From Thermoplasmata archaeon (GTDB lineage Archaea; Thermoplasmatota; Thermoplasmata; Thermoplasmatales; GCA-001856825), in NCBI GenBank assembly GCA_021792255.1, contig JAJYUZ010000002.1:107911-171910 (forward strand): a stretch of 64,000 nucleotides of DNA, in the 5' to 3' direction. A program made the position numbers and the translations under genes. The notes under the pieces are model-generated. The model saw nothing but the letters and a program-made list of their open reading frames with translations. It made no database searches and had not been told where the DNA came from. Below are positions 10,519 to 20,436 of the stretch, piece after piece; positions within the stretch are counted from its first letter, which is position 1; each line of letters starts with the position of its first letter.

Positions 10519-10642
10519 GTGCATAAGGTGTGGAAGGGAACTGAAAGACGAAGGAGATACGACACAGTTCGAGTGCGAGTGTGGGTCAAAGGTATTCGTC
10601 AGGATTCCCGGGAACGTTGTGAAGTCCGTAGAAGTCAAATAG
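10511..10642 (+). CDS. rpoP: RNA polymerase subunit P (Rpo12), 43 aa, absent from the ORF track
   Basis: Manual translation MFKCIRCGRELKDEGDTTQFECECGSKVFVRIPGNVVKSVEVK; Zn ribbon; canonical position after L37Ae. Confidence 0.88.
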   Translation: MFKCIRCGRELKDEGDTTQFECECGSKVFVRIPGNVVKSVEVK

Positions 10643-11713
10643 ATGTTCCTTTGTGACCACTGCAGGGAAAGGCTTTCCCACAGGCTCGTTCAACCATCGA
10701 TTGATACAGGAATTTGTGACCTTTGTGGAAATCTGATGGAACACGTAGACGACTATTTCGAAATGTTTAAGGAAGAATCCAAACGTTATGAATTCTCAAC
10801 TTTCCTGATAGGCGTCAGGACTTCCAAGGAGAGTTTACAAAAAGACAGGGAGATAATAGAGAGTGCCGGGACAAGGATAAGAAGCTACAAGGAAGAGTTT
10901 CAGTTCTTGCTGGGAAGCAAGATAGAACGGGAACTTCATTACACAGTGGATTTCGGTATGCCGGAATTCGTGTTTATGGTAAGCCAGGAGAATATGGATT
11001 ATTCTATAAAGATCAAGTCGGTGTACATTAAGGGCAGGTACCTCAAGAAGAGAAGAGGTATTCCTCAATCTCCCTGGATAAAACCAGGGAGGGGAAAGGA
11101 AATGGAGAAATCTGTCTCTGAATACATCGGTCAGCAGGTGTGCAATGCCTTCGAAGGAAAGAACTATAACTTCTTTGCATTGGGAAGAGAAGACGTTGAC
11201 GCCTTGATGCTTGGAACGGGAAGACCATTCTACGTACAGGTGGAGACTCCCACCAAGAGAAGCATTGACCTCACCAATCTGTCCGAACGGGTCCTGATGG
11301 AATCAAAGGAAGGAGTGGAGATAATCGACATATCAATGGCGAAACAGTCCGAGATCGACGGCATGAAAGATCTGAGGCCGGACAAGACCTACGAGGTGGG
11401 ATTGACAATAGAAGAAGGGAATAGGTCAGATCTGGAAGAGGTCCTGAAGAAGTACTCTAATTTTAAAATCGATCAGAGAACTCCAAGCCGGGTTTTAAAC
11501 ATACGCAAGGACAAAACAAGAGAAAGAAGAATAAGATCGATCGAAATTGAACGCTTCTCAGGGAAACAACTGATTTTGATTATAACTGCGGAAGCGGGAA
11601 CTTATATCAAGGAATTCATAACGGGAGACAACGGCCGCACTGTTCCCAGCCTCAAGAATGAGTTGAACATAAACGTTAAAATAGATTATCTTAATGTGCT
11701 CGAGGTCAAATAG
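10643..11713 (+). CDS. pus10: tRNA pseudouridine(54/55) synthase Pus10
   Basis: N-terminal CDHC/CDLC, GRYLK.RGIPQ, GREDVDA.MLGTGRPF, QRTP.RV and GTYIKEFI.GD.GRT.PS. Confidence 0.94.
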   Translation: MFLCDHCRERLSHRLVQPSIDTGICDLCGNLMEHVDDYFEMFKEESKRYEFSTFLIGVRTSKESLQKDREIIESAGTRIRSYKEEFQFLLGSKIERELHYTVDFGMPEFVFMVSQENMDYSIKIKSVYIKGRYLKKRRGIPQSPWIKPGRGKEMEKSVSEYIGQQVCNAFEGKNYNFFALGREDVDALMLGTGRPFYVQVETPTKRSIDLTNLSERVLMESKEGVEIIDISMAKQSEIDGMKDLRPDKTYEVGLTIEEGNRSDLEEVLKKYSNFKIDQRTPSRVLNIRKDKTRERRIRSIEIERFSGKQLILIITAEAGTYIKEFITGDNGRTVPSLKNELNINVKIDYLNVLEVK

Positions 11714-11722
11714 GGGATAAAA

Positions 11723-12013
11723 ATGGCGAAAATGTCTCATGGTCCTAGATCTAAAACGAGATACAAGCTGAGGAAGAAGCTAAAAGAGAAGGGACCAGTT
11801 ACCGTAAACAGGATAGTTAAGAGGTTCGAGGTAGGAGACAGTGTAGCCATCGATATTGAACCATCATTTCACAATGGAATGCCTTTCAAGAGATTTCAAG
11901 GTATGACTGGCGTGGTAGAGGGACAAAGAGGAGATGCCTACATTGTAAAGATAAGCGATCAGGGGAAACCGAAAACAGTTGTCGCTTATCCAATACACCT
12001 GAAAAGGGCGTGA
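11723..12013 (+). CDS. rpl21e: 50S ribosomal protein L21e
   Basis: SHG.R.KTR and GMPFKRFQG.TG. Confidence 0.96.
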   Translation: MAKMSHGPRSKTRYKLRKKLKEKGPVTVNRIVKRFEVGDSVAIDIEPSFHNGMPFKRFQGMTGVVEGQRGDAYIVKISDQGKPKTVVAYPIHLKRA

Positions 12014-12022
12014 ACACGAAGA

Positions 12023-12334
12023 ATGAAGATAGATTATATCCCTCTGGCTAAGGCAAAGGAGCTCCTCAACGACGCATCCAAGGAGAGGGAACTCAACGAC
12101 GTCCAGACGTCAGCTCTGAAACACGTCAGCAAATTCTCAAAGATATCAGCAGACAAGGCTGCAAAACTTCAAAAGGAACTGGTAGCACTTGGGCTGGAAG
12201 ATATAATGGCAGTAAAGGTCATAGACATCATGCCTGCGAACCTAGATGAGCTTAGATCCGTTCTATATCCTCGGATCCAGAATCTGGATCAGGATCTTGG
12301 CAACAAAATTGTCGAAACTCTTCACAAAAGGTGA
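12023..12334 (+). CDS. rpoF: RNA polymerase subunit F (Rpo4)
   Basis: AVKVIDIMP..DELRSVL; position between L21e and DUF655. Confidence 0.92.
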   Translation: MKIDYIPLAKAKELLNDASKERELNDVQTSALKHVSKFSKISADKAAKLQKELVALGLEDIMAVKVIDIMPANLDELRSVLYPRIQNLDQDLGNKIVETLHKR

Positions 12335-12888
12335 TTTTTTTGGAAGAGTATGCGTATGTACTTGATATTCTACCACAAGGAAGAATGGAGGAAAAGGCAT
12401 TCAAAAGGATACCACTATCCCTCGCAATCGGAGAGGAAGAGCTGAAACTCTTTGAGTTGATCCCGAAGCAGGGCATCGTAATGATGATCGGCGATAGGGT
12501 GTACATAGGAAAAGACATTGAAAAGAGGGACAAGATAGGTAGTGTCAGAAGAAGGATATCATTCGATGAACTCACCCCAGGTGCGCAGAACGAAATAGAA
12601 TTTGTGCTCAGGCAAATTATAGAAAAGAACGAACCGCGGTTTGTAAATTTCTTCAACAGTGCCCAACCAGTTACAGCAAGGCTTCATCAGCTAGACCTGC
12701 TTTACGGCGTCGGAAAAAACTTGATGTGGGAAATACTCGACGAGAGGAAAAAGGGACCCTTCAAGAATTTCCAGGACCTTAAGACCAGAGTAAAGGGCCT
12801 GAGGGACCCCGAAAAGATGATCACGGAAAGGATCATAAGAGAACTGAGAAACAAGGAAGAGAGACACAGGCTATTCGTTTCCGGATAA
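12331..12888 (+). CDS. DUF655 putative RNA-binding protein
   Basis: EEYAYVLD.LP.G, FVNFFN.A.P...RLHQL.LL.GVG and PF.NF.DL. Confidence 0.92.
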   Translation: MIFLEEYAYVLDILPQGRMEEKAFKRIPLSLAIGEEELKLFELIPKQGIVMMIGDRVYIGKDIEKRDKIGSVRRRISFDELTPGAQNEIEFVLRQIIEKNEPRFVNFFNSAQPVTARLHQLDLLYGVGKNLMWEILDERKKGPFKNFQDLKTRVKGLRDPEKMITERIIRELRNKEERHRLFVSG

Positions 12889-12891
12889 GCA

Positions 12892-13596
12892 ATGCGAAGA
12901 AGCAAACAGGCAGGGATAAACTTCCTTAACGATCCAAGACTGGCAGAGAGAATAGTCTCTGCTGTCGACTACTCTGGTAAAGATGTGCTGGAGGTGGGGG
13001 CTGGACTGGGTCAGCTCACAAGATTCTTTCAGAACTACAGGTCGCTGACACTGATTGAACGAGAAAGCGATTTCGCAGAGCGATTAAGGAAATCTTTTCC
13101 GGCTGCCACAGTAATAAATGAAGATGCACTGAAAGTTCAGTGGCCAAAGTTCGATGTGTTTGTTTCCAACATGCCTTATTCTATCTCCTCCCCCCTTCTG
13201 GAGAAGCTCTGGAATTCTAGCTTTGAAGTAGGGGTGGTCACTATCCAAAAGGAGGTGGCGGACAGGATTACTGCCCTTCCCAAGACCAAGGATTATTCAA
13301 GGCTGTCTATAATGATGCAGTTGAAATTCAATGTCCAAAGGGAATTTGACATTCCCCCCTCTAAATTTACTCCCTCTCCGAAGGTCTACAGCACCGTCCT
13401 CAGGCTTGAGAGAAGAGACACAAAGATTCCGGATGGATTTGATGAGTTTCTGAAATTACTTTTCTCGCAGAGGAGAAAGAAGCTTAGGAACATCTTAGAT
13501 TCAGAATCGTCAGGAGAAAAGAGGCCAGAAGAACTCACACTTCCAGAACTGATAGAGCTTTTCGAGAAAATCAGCGCGCGGCAACGATCTTTATGA
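12892..13596 (+). CDS. rsmA: 16S rRNA dimethyladenosine transferase
   Basis: NFL, VLEVGAGLG, SNMPYSISS, QKEVADR, YSRLS and F.P.PKV.S. Confidence 0.93.
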   Translation: MRRSKQAGINFLNDPRLAERIVSAVDYSGKDVLEVGAGLGQLTRFFQNYRSLTLIERESDFAERLRKSFPAATVINEDALKVQWPKFDVFVSNMPYSISSPLLEKLWNSSFEVGVVTIQKEVADRITALPKTKDYSRLSIMMQLKFNVQREFDIPPSKFTPSPKVYSTVLRLERRDTKIPDGFDEFLKLLFSQRRKKLRNILDSESSGEKRPEELTLPELIELFEKISARQRSL

Positions 13597-14758
13597 CGTC
13601 TCCATCTTCTAGCACGTAATCCCTCCCCAATACTCTCTTGGTTCTACCATTAACTGCTCTGATGAATCTCTCTCCTAGATCAGAGTGTACTTTGTAGGCT
13701 AGGTCTATGGCGGTTGAACCTTGTTTCATCAGAACAGCATCTGGAAGAACGTTGCCGTTCTTATCTGTCCAATGATTTTCATCTTCGACTGGATAAACAA
13801 CGATCATCTTTAGCACATTGTAGACGAGATATTCAACGGCCTGCTGTGTTTTTGTTCCGCGATTATGGACCATGAAGTCGCTAACTTTCTTAAGGGCTTC
13901 CCTCTGAGCTGCGTTGAGCCTTCCCTCATCCGCCACTCTAAATGACTCATCTCCAGGGAAATAATCAATGAGTCCAGCCTTCGAAGCCTTTCTCAGCACT
14001 AACTCGTAATCTCCAGATACGACCAGAGCTTCCCTTTCTATCAATTTGGAAGCTTCGTTTGAATCTATCTTATCTCCCTTTGTAGCTACGATGATTCCGG
14101 GTTTTGAAAGTCTTATTATTTCCTCTGCTAATCGAATGGTAACCTGATCGTCCCAGTTTCTCAGATTGCTCGGAATTGCAGCATTCTTTACGGCCAGAGA
14201 GACGTCCTTCTGGTCTATACCTAGTCCGGATATCTTCTCATAAATTATTGCATCCAGTTTCCCCCCCTCGCTTTCAATCTTTCTTAGATTCCGAATGAGC
14301 CCATCAGAAAGGATGTTGGTCAACCACAGTACGATCTCTTTGTGTACAAACTCTGCATCTGCCAAAGGATCGTATTTGCCTTTCCCGACAGGATTACCGT
14401 TCTGATCCAAAGATCCTGTTGAGTCAATGACCTGAATGAATCCATCTGCTCTCCTCAGATCATCGAGGAATTTATTGCCCAACCCCTTGCCTTCGTGTGC
14501 GCCTGGTACCAGGCCCGCAACATCTATCAGCTCGACGGGAACCAGTCTGGTTCCATTGACACATCTTCCAAAGTTCGGGTTGCACTTTTTTCCCAGTTCT
14601 GTGTCTGGACATCTGGACCTGATATAGGTCACACCCTTGTTTGACTCTATGGTGGTGAAAGGATAGTCAGCTATTTCAACCGGATTTTCGGTTAGGGCAG
14701 AGAAAAAAGTACTCTTGCCTACGTTTGGTTTTCCTATTATACCAACCAGGATGCTCAT
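13571..14758 (-). CDS. ychF: YchF/Obg-family ATPase with TGS domain
   Basis: GKPNVGKST, YPFTTI, DVAGLVPGAHEGKGLGNKFLDDLR; C-terminal TGS domain. Confidence 0.94.
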   Translation of the reverse strand: MSILVGIIGKPNVGKSTFFSALTENPVEIADYPFTTIESNKGVTYIRSRCPDTELGKKCNPNFGRCVNGTRLVPVELIDVAGLVPGAHEGKGLGNKFLDDLRRADGFIQVIDSTGSLDQNGNPVGKGKYDPLADAEFVHKEIVLWLTNILSDGLIRNLRKIESEGGKLDAIIYEKISGLGIDQKDVSLAVKNAAIPSNLRNWDDQVTIRLAEEIIRLSKPGIIVATKGDKIDSNEASKLIEREALVVSGDYELVLRKASKAGLIDYFPGDESFRVADEGRLNAAQREALKKVSDFMVHNRGTKTQQAVEYLVYNVLKMIVVYPVEDENHWTDKNGNVLPDAVLMKQGSTAIDLAYKVHSDLGERFIRAVNGRTKRVLGRDYVLEDGDVIKIVAAR

Positions 14759-15177
14759 TCTATCTTAACTTCTACTAAACCGTAACCTCTCGGACATTTT
14801 CCATCCTGCACGCTGCTCACCTTGATCTTTGACTTGTCTTTCATGTAACTAAGAATGCAGATATCTGCATGCTGACAGAAATAATCGTCGCAGTCTGGTC
14901 GCTTGTAGGTGACCTTTGCACCCTCCTTGGAGATCTTTTTCGGAATCATTACACTCCTCACTTCTTCTTTTACCTCTACGGTGTAAACTTTGTCTGCCTC
15001 GTGAATGAAACACTTGTGCTCCTTTTCTCTGAATTTAACGACCCTGTAATACGAACCGGGTGTGAGGTTGTGGCACACGTTCTTCAGATTGCAAACATTA
15101 CACTCTTGAGCTGGGGAAAAATACTGGAACACCGCACCTTCTTTGGTCAGATTTTTTGGTACAAGTGTTATTACCAT
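14755..15177 (-). CDS. UPF0179 family Cys-rich protein
   Basis: ITLV, C..C.LK.VCHNL, H.C.IH and CP.G pattern; typical neighbour of egsA. Confidence 0.85.
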   Translation of the reverse strand: MVITLVPKNLTKEGAVFQYFSPAQECNVCNLKNVCHNLTPGSYYRVVKFREKEHKCFIHEADKVYTVEVKEEVRSVMIPKKISKEGAKVTYKRPDCDDYFCQHADICILSYMKDKSKIKVSSVQDGKCPRGYGLVEVKIE

Positions 15178-16235
15178 TATGCAACGCCCGTCAGGTGTAA
15201 TGCTTCCCGGGCAGCACTTTCGCTAAGCCCACTTTCTCCCAGTATTGTGTATCTGTCGGGTCTTGTCTTGTGTGCCATCATAAGAGCCTGAATCGCATCT
15301 TCCTCTGTGAGAGAGACCTGATCAAGCGTTGTTGGTGCACCTATCGTCTGGAGTGTGTTCTTGATCATTACCCAGTCAGCTCCATGTAGGTACATGGCAA
15401 TTATAGAACCTATTCCACAGAGCTCTCCATGCAATCCATTACCTTTTTTGATTGTGTTTACTGCGTGAGCAAACATATGCTCAGAACCAGATGCAGGTCT
15501 TGAACTTCCCGCAACGCTCATCGCGATGCCGGAAAATACGATCTGTTTTATTACTAGCCACACGCTCTCTTCGATGTGTGGTTTGATCTGTGAGGCGTTA
15601 TTGATTATTTCTCTTGCGGCAAATTCAGAAATTGCATAGGCTGAACTGCTCACCTTTTCTCCCTTTAATCGATGACCGAGATTCCAGTCCCTTAGTGCGG
15701 GTAGATTGGAAAGGACATCAGCTGCGCCCGATGCAAGGAATCTGAAAGGGGCAGTAACTATGATTTCGGTGTCTGCAATAATTGCAGCCGGCATCGTGGC
15801 TTCTACGGAATAGGACAGACCATTCTTACTTATAGTAGCCCTTGGGCTCGCGACACCATCATGACTTGCAGAAGTAGGAATAGAGATGAAATCCAGTCCC
15901 AAGTCAAAAGCACTCTTCTTTGCAATGTCGATCTTGCTCCCTCCTCCTATTCCAATTATTACCCTTGCATCGACTTTCCTGGTCTGCTCTTTTACTTTCT
16001 CTACGTTTTCTTCTGTAGCCTGACCCGTGATGACAATACTGGTTTCTATACCTGAAGACTTAAGAAGATCCTTAACTCGTTCACCTGCTAGCTTCACGGT
16101 GGTCTGACCAGTAACTATTATCCCACTTTTCGAACTCGTAAGTTTGTTGAAGACCTCACCAGTCTTTTCTATTGCACCGTGGCCGCCGATCACTTCTCTA
16201 GGAAGGATCATCTCTGCCAATTTCTCGAATGGCAC
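15177..16235 (-). CDS. egsA: sn-glycerol-1-phosphate dehydrogenase
   Basis: GGGSKIDIAK, PTSASHDG..S, SSRPASGSEH.F.H and HGE.CG. Confidence 0.95.
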   Translation of the reverse strand: MPFEKLAEMILPREVIGGHGAIEKTGEVFNKLTSSKSGIIVTGQTTVKLAGERVKDLLKSSGIETSIVITGQATEENVEKVKEQTRKVDARVIIGIGGGSKIDIAKKSAFDLGLDFISIPTSASHDGVASPRATISKNGLSYSVEATMPAAIIADTEIIVTAPFRFLASGAADVLSNLPALRDWNLGHRLKGEKVSSSAYAISEFAAREIINNASQIKPHIEESVWLVIKQIVFSGIAMSVAGSSRPASGSEHMFAHAVNTIKKGNGLHGELCGIGSIIAMYLHGADWVMIKNTLQTIGAPTTLDQVSLTEEDAIQALMMAHKTRPDRYTILGESGLSESAAREALHLTGVA

Positions 16236-16294
16236 ACCGCCATATCCAATATTGATTATTTATCGTTTGCCTGTTCTAACCGATGCTTCTACTT

Positions 16295-17509
16295 TCAAGT
16301 TCCCTCTTGCCAGGAATTTATGTAGCGTAGCTGTTCTCTAGTGAGCTCATCTATTTTTATTCCATATGAGTGAAGATAGGTATTTGCCACCTCGAGATCA
16401 ATTTCATTCGGAACCGGGTAGACTTTTGGTCGTTTTGGAGAATTTTCAGCTATGTACTGAGCCGTAAGCGCTTGAATAGAAAATGAAAGGTCCATTATTT
16501 CTACCGGGTGTCCTTGGCCGGAAGCGAGATTTACTAACCTCCCATCCGACAGTACATAAGCCTTCTTCTTCCCGATAGAATATTGCTTAACGTTCTTTCT
16601 CACTTCCTTTCCCCTTCCAAATTTCTTTTCTATATCATCTACTGCAACTTCGTTGTTGAAGTGCCCAGAATTTGCAAGAATGATGCCATCCTTAGCATCT
16701 TTAAGAAGTTCTGGAGTGACAATATCTTTTACTCCAGTAGCCGTAATCAAAAAGTCTGCATAGCCTATGGCCTCCTTCATGGGCCTTACTACGAATCCAT
16801 CCATGTGTGCCTCAATTGATTTGAATGGATCTATTTCTGTAACCGTAACCCTCGCTCCTAGACCCCTCATTTTGTTTGCGATTCCTCTGCCACACCATCC
16901 ATATCCTCCCACCACCACATTCTTTCCAGCAATCACAAGATTTGTTGCGGTGAGTAAACCATCGATCGTGCTCTGTCCGGTTCCGTACCTGTTGTCGAAT
17001 AGATGCTTCATTAAGGCATCGTTAACGTCAAACATAGGAAATTTGAGTGCCTTAGCCTTTTCCATATTCTTGAGCCTCAGTACTCCAGTAGTTGTTTCCT
17101 CGTTCCCGCCTTTGATATTCCCATAAACGCTCTTGTCTTTTAGCGCAAGGGCTGTCAGATCTCCCCCATCGTCTATTATGATATCGGGCTCTGACTCAAT
17201 AGTCCTGTACAGGTCCTCATAATACTCGTCCCTGGTAAGCCCCCTCTTCGCAAATACGTTAACGCCATAATCTTCCTTTAGGGAAAGAGCAACTTCATCG
17301 TCGGTGCTGAGTGGATTGCATCCCGATATCCTCACATTTGCCCCACCCTGTTTGAGTGTGTAAGCGAGTACAGCCGTCTTGGCCTCGAGGTGAAGGGCCA
17401 TAGATATCTTTAGATTTTTGAAGGGTTTTTTGGAAACGAAATCATTTCTTATACTCTCCAGAACAGGCATCCATTTCATTGCCCACTGAATCTTATTCCT
17501 GCCATTCAT
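16295..17509 (-). CDS. ahcY: Adenosylhomocysteinase
   Basis: HLEAKT, NPLST.D, EETTTG, KHLFDNRYGTGQS, GYGWCGRG and GHP.EIMDLSF. Confidence 0.97.
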   Translation of the reverse strand: MNGRNKIQWAMKWMPVLESIRNDFVSKKPFKNLKISMALHLEAKTAVLAYTLKQGGANVRISGCNPLSTDDEVALSLKEDYGVNVFAKRGLTRDEYYEDLYRTIESEPDIIIDDGGDLTALALKDKSVYGNIKGGNEETTTGVLRLKNMEKAKALKFPMFDVNDALMKHLFDNRYGTGQSTIDGLLTATNLVIAGKNVVVGGYGWCGRGIANKMRGLGARVTVTEIDPFKSIEAHMDGFVVRPMKEAIGYADFLITATGVKDIVTPELLKDAKDGIILANSGHFNNEVAVDDIEKKFGRGKEVRKNVKQYSIGKKKAYVLSDGRLVNLASGQGHPVEIMDLSFSIQALTAQYIAENSPKRPKVYPVPNEIDLEVANTYLHSYGIKIDELTREQLRYINSWQEGT

Positions 17510-17529
17510 GAACTAGGAACTCTCTGTCG

Positions 17530-18168
17530 TTAAAATCTTTTTTTGATTTTGAGGAGAAATCCATCTCCCAGCCTTGACATTACTGCAGATCCTAACTTTA
17601 AAGGTTCATCTAGAGAGCCAAACATAGTTACACCTTCTTCTCCAATTAAAATTGGTGAATAGAAAATAGTGAGTTCATCCCAGTTACCGTCCTTAACGAA
17701 GGAAGTGATCACGGATTTGCCTCCCTCTATCATAATTTTTCGGTATCCCAATTTTCCGAGTTCTTGAATTACAAAGTCAGAACTGGGAGACTGATCATGG
17801 CTTTTTCTAATTATCACTTTGGATTTAAAATTACCAGCGAAATTGTCTTGATGCGCGCCATTGCCACAGAACATCACGACGTCTCTCTGATAGGCGAACA
17901 CTCTCGAATTTAAATTAACTGTCAAATTCGAGTCCAAAATTGCAGCATCCGGGATATGATCCGACTGGTAGTATTTTTCATTAACAATCAACTTCGGATC
18001 GTCTGAGTTTATCGTGTTCTTTCCAACCAATATAATGTCAGATTCTGATCTCATCTTATGAACTCTTGCAAGATCCTCAAAATTGGAAAATTTGAATGCC
18101 TTACCCCCCTTCGAAGCAATCTTTCCGTCAAGTGAACACGCAAGATTAATCGCGACGTGGGGTTTCAT
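17530..18168 (-). CDS. RibD C-terminal-type pyrimidine reductase (archaeal riboflavin pathway)
   Basis: SLDGKIA, VH.MR, GKNT..DDP.L and IEGG. Confidence 0.85.
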   Translation of the reverse strand: MKPHVAINLACSLDGKIASKGGKAFKFSNFEDLARVHKMRSESDIILVGKNTINSDDPKLIVNEKYYQSDHIPDAAILDSNLTVNLNSRVFAYQRDVVMFCGNGAHQDNFAGNFKSKVIIRKSHDQSPSSDFVIQELGKLGYRKIMIEGGKSVITSFVKDGNWDELTIFYSPILIGEEGVTMFGSLDEPLKLGSAVMSRLGDGFLLKIKKRF

Positions 18169-18290
18169 TCTACTATAAATCAGTCAGAAATATTATAATT
18201 TACGTTAGAAAGTACGTGAATGGTACCCGTACTCTAGATAAGAATTGCAGTCGCTCATTGATTTTTCTTGCGGAGACCAATTCCTCAATC

Positions 18291-18323
18291 TTTAAGTAAG
18301 GTTTAATTAGGGTAACCTAATTA
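18291..18323 (+). promoter_or_regulatory. TATA box plus palindromic operator for the DtxR-family regulator/NRAMP operon
   Basis: TTTAAGTA (18291-18298), then TAATTAGG-GTAA-CCTAATTA (18304-18323), 6 nt before GTG 18330. Confidence 0.7.
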
Positions 18324-18329
18324 CGAAAA

Positions 18330-19049
18330 GTGAAGCACAATAGTCAGGATTATCTTCTGACGATTTGGGAGTTGTTCGAAAGCTTTGAAAATGCCAATGA
18401 GAAGGAAGTGGCGGAAAGATTAGAAATATCACTACCATCTGCATGGGAGGGAATTCATAGATTAGAAAAGGAGAGGCAACTTATAGTGAAAAAGAAGGGC
18501 CTACAATTTACCAATGAAGGCTTCCTAAATGCTATGAAAATGGTGAGGGCACACAGAATAACCGAATATTTTGTGTATTCGTTTCTTGAAGTTCCGTGGG
18601 ATCAGGTGCATTATTCCGTCATGGACCTAGAGCACGATTTTACCGAAAATCTCCTCGCTAACCTCTACAGGAAAATGAGGTCTCCAGGGTACTGCCCTCA
18701 CGGCAACCCGGTAGAACCGATTCAGAAGATGACTGAGATTAGGGCGTCTGAAGCTCCAGAAGGAAAATACTATTTTGTTAGACCGGTGTTAGAAGAGTAC
18801 ACGTTTTTGAAGAAGCTCTTAAATGTGGGCGCAACACCAGGAAGACCAGTTGGCATAGAGAAGGCGGAAGGCAGTTTATACCTGGTCGGTGAAAACGGGG
18901 AATTCAAGCTGCCTTCAAGCATGGAAAAGACTATCCGGATAAGGCCAAAGCCCAATACATCAAGAAAACTTTCGAAGGTGAGCAAGGTCCCAGTGTCAGC
19001 TCCTATTGCGATGTCCTTCCCTCAAAATTACAATGAATCCCACAATTAG
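18330..19049 (+). CDS. DtxR/MntR family metal-dependent transcriptional regulator with FeoA-like domain
   Basis: QDYL..I wHTH, HRITE, DLEH and CPHGNP. Confidence 0.9.
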   Translation: MKHNSQDYLLTIWELFESFENANEKEVAERLEISLPSAWEGIHRLEKERQLIVKKKGLQFTNEGFLNAMKMVRAHRITEYFVYSFLEVPWDQVHYSVMDLEHDFTENLLANLYRKMRSPGYCPHGNPVEPIQKMTEIRASEAPEGKYYFVRPVLEEYTFLKKLLNVGATPGRPVGIEKAEGSLYLVGENGEFKLPSSMEKTIRIRPKPNTSRKLSKVSKVPVSAPIAMSFPQNYNESHN

Positions 19050-20238
19050 AAAGTTGCTACCCGTCCTAGGTCCAGGATGGGTCGTCATGTTGGCAGATCT
19101 AGATGCTCCAAGTGTAATCACTGCAATCCAGTCTGGAATCGAATTCAAGGCTCATTTGATAATTTTTCTGATCGTTCTTATAATTCCCCTTTTTCTAGTT
19201 CAGGACACTGCTTCAAGAATAGGAGCAGTCACAGGAAAAACTCTGGGACAAATGATTTCCGAACACTTTGGACACGAATGGACGATATTAGCGGTTAGTG
19301 GAAGTGCTGTCATAGATTTTGCAGCCTACGTTGGAGAGTTTGCTGGAATCGCCATTGCGGGTACTTTAGTGGGGATTCCCGTCTTTGCAATAGTCATTTT
19401 TGTTATAATAGTTCACACACTGGTAGTGACAACCGGGAAGTACAAGAAGATTGAAATTTTCCTTGTTGCCCTAGGATTTTTTTTGTTCCTCTTCGTTGTT
19501 TTGGATTTCTTTGTATTTCCCCGAAACATCAATATTGCAGATTTTTCGCCATATGTTCCTTCCAATTCTTTTTATTTTTTGATCGCTGCAAACATAGGTG
19601 CGGTCATTATGCCCTGGATGCTTTTTTACCACCAGGCAGCTGACGTGGATAGCGGGCTCAAAGTTTCAGGACTCAAAAGGGAGAGTTGGGGTACATTCCA
19701 AGGTGCGGTCGCATCTGAAGTACTGATGGTTTCGATTGTAATATTCTCCTGGAAACTTTCGCAGGATGGATTTACCAGCAGGAATTCAATGACTTACGTC
19801 GCAGCAGCACTTAACCACGAGATTGGACCTATTGGTCCAATACTATTCGCAATAGCACTGGGAGTGGCCGGTCTCTTGGCTATGTTTGTAATATCAATGA
19901 GCATGGCTTATTCTATGTCTGATGTCTTTAAGATGAGGGGGACATTCAATAAGGGAGTCGGAGGACATAAGAGATTCTACGGGATCTACATGCTGGAGAT
20001 AATACCGGCAGCAATTCTTACACTCGTTTTTACCGATCACCTAATTAGTCTAGCACTAGACGTCATGGTGCTTAGTTCGATCGCGCTAGCCCTACCTCTA
20101 ATGGTGGTAATCAGGATAGGTTCAAACGAGAAGATAATGGGTCGACACAAGATTGGAAAGCCTAGGACGATATTCCTTTACGCCTTCATGGTACTAGCAG
20201 TCGGATTGGGTATATTCTCGATTCTGCAAGTAGTTTGA
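19033..20238 (+). CDS. mntH: NRAMP family divalent metal transporter
   Basis: LGPG..MLADLDAPS, RIG.VTGK.L and IGAVIMPWMLFY; 10-11 TM helices. Confidence 0.88.
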   Translation: MNPTIRKLLPVLGPGWVVMLADLDAPSVITAIQSGIEFKAHLIIFLIVLIIPLFLVQDTASRIGAVTGKTLGQMISEHFGHEWTILAVSGSAVIDFAAYVGEFAGIAIAGTLVGIPVFAIVIFVIIVHTLVVTTGKYKKIEIFLVALGFFLFLFVVLDFFVFPRNINIADFSPYVPSNSFYFLIAANIGAVIMPWMLFYHQAADVDSGLKVSGLKRESWGTFQGAVASEVLMVSIVIFSWKLSQDGFTSRNSMTYVAAALNHEIGPIGPILFAIALGVAGLLAMFVISMSMAYSMSDVFKMRGTFNKGVGGHKRFYGIYMLEIIPAAILTLVFTDHLISLALDVMVLSSIALALPLMVVIRIGSNEKIMGRHKIGKPRTIFLYAFMVLAVGLGIFSILQVV

Positions 20239-20436
20239 TGTTTGTAATGATTTTATTCTTAACATGTCATAAAAAATTTGCCTATCAAAAGAAAAGGATA
20301 GTTGTGGAAAATGTTGCTGGGCTCAATAGATGTTCCAAATTTTGGGTTCCCGGTAAACTTCGTCGCACCTATCAATAAATTCCGTGGTTTTGGATCATAA
20401 AGGAAATCTAGTTATTCTAATTCCCAATATTTCTTT

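Noticed and set aside
18945-19049. Low-complexity C-terminal tail of the DtxR protein overlapping mntH
   Set aside because: Most simply a lost stop codon or unstructured tail; no motif.
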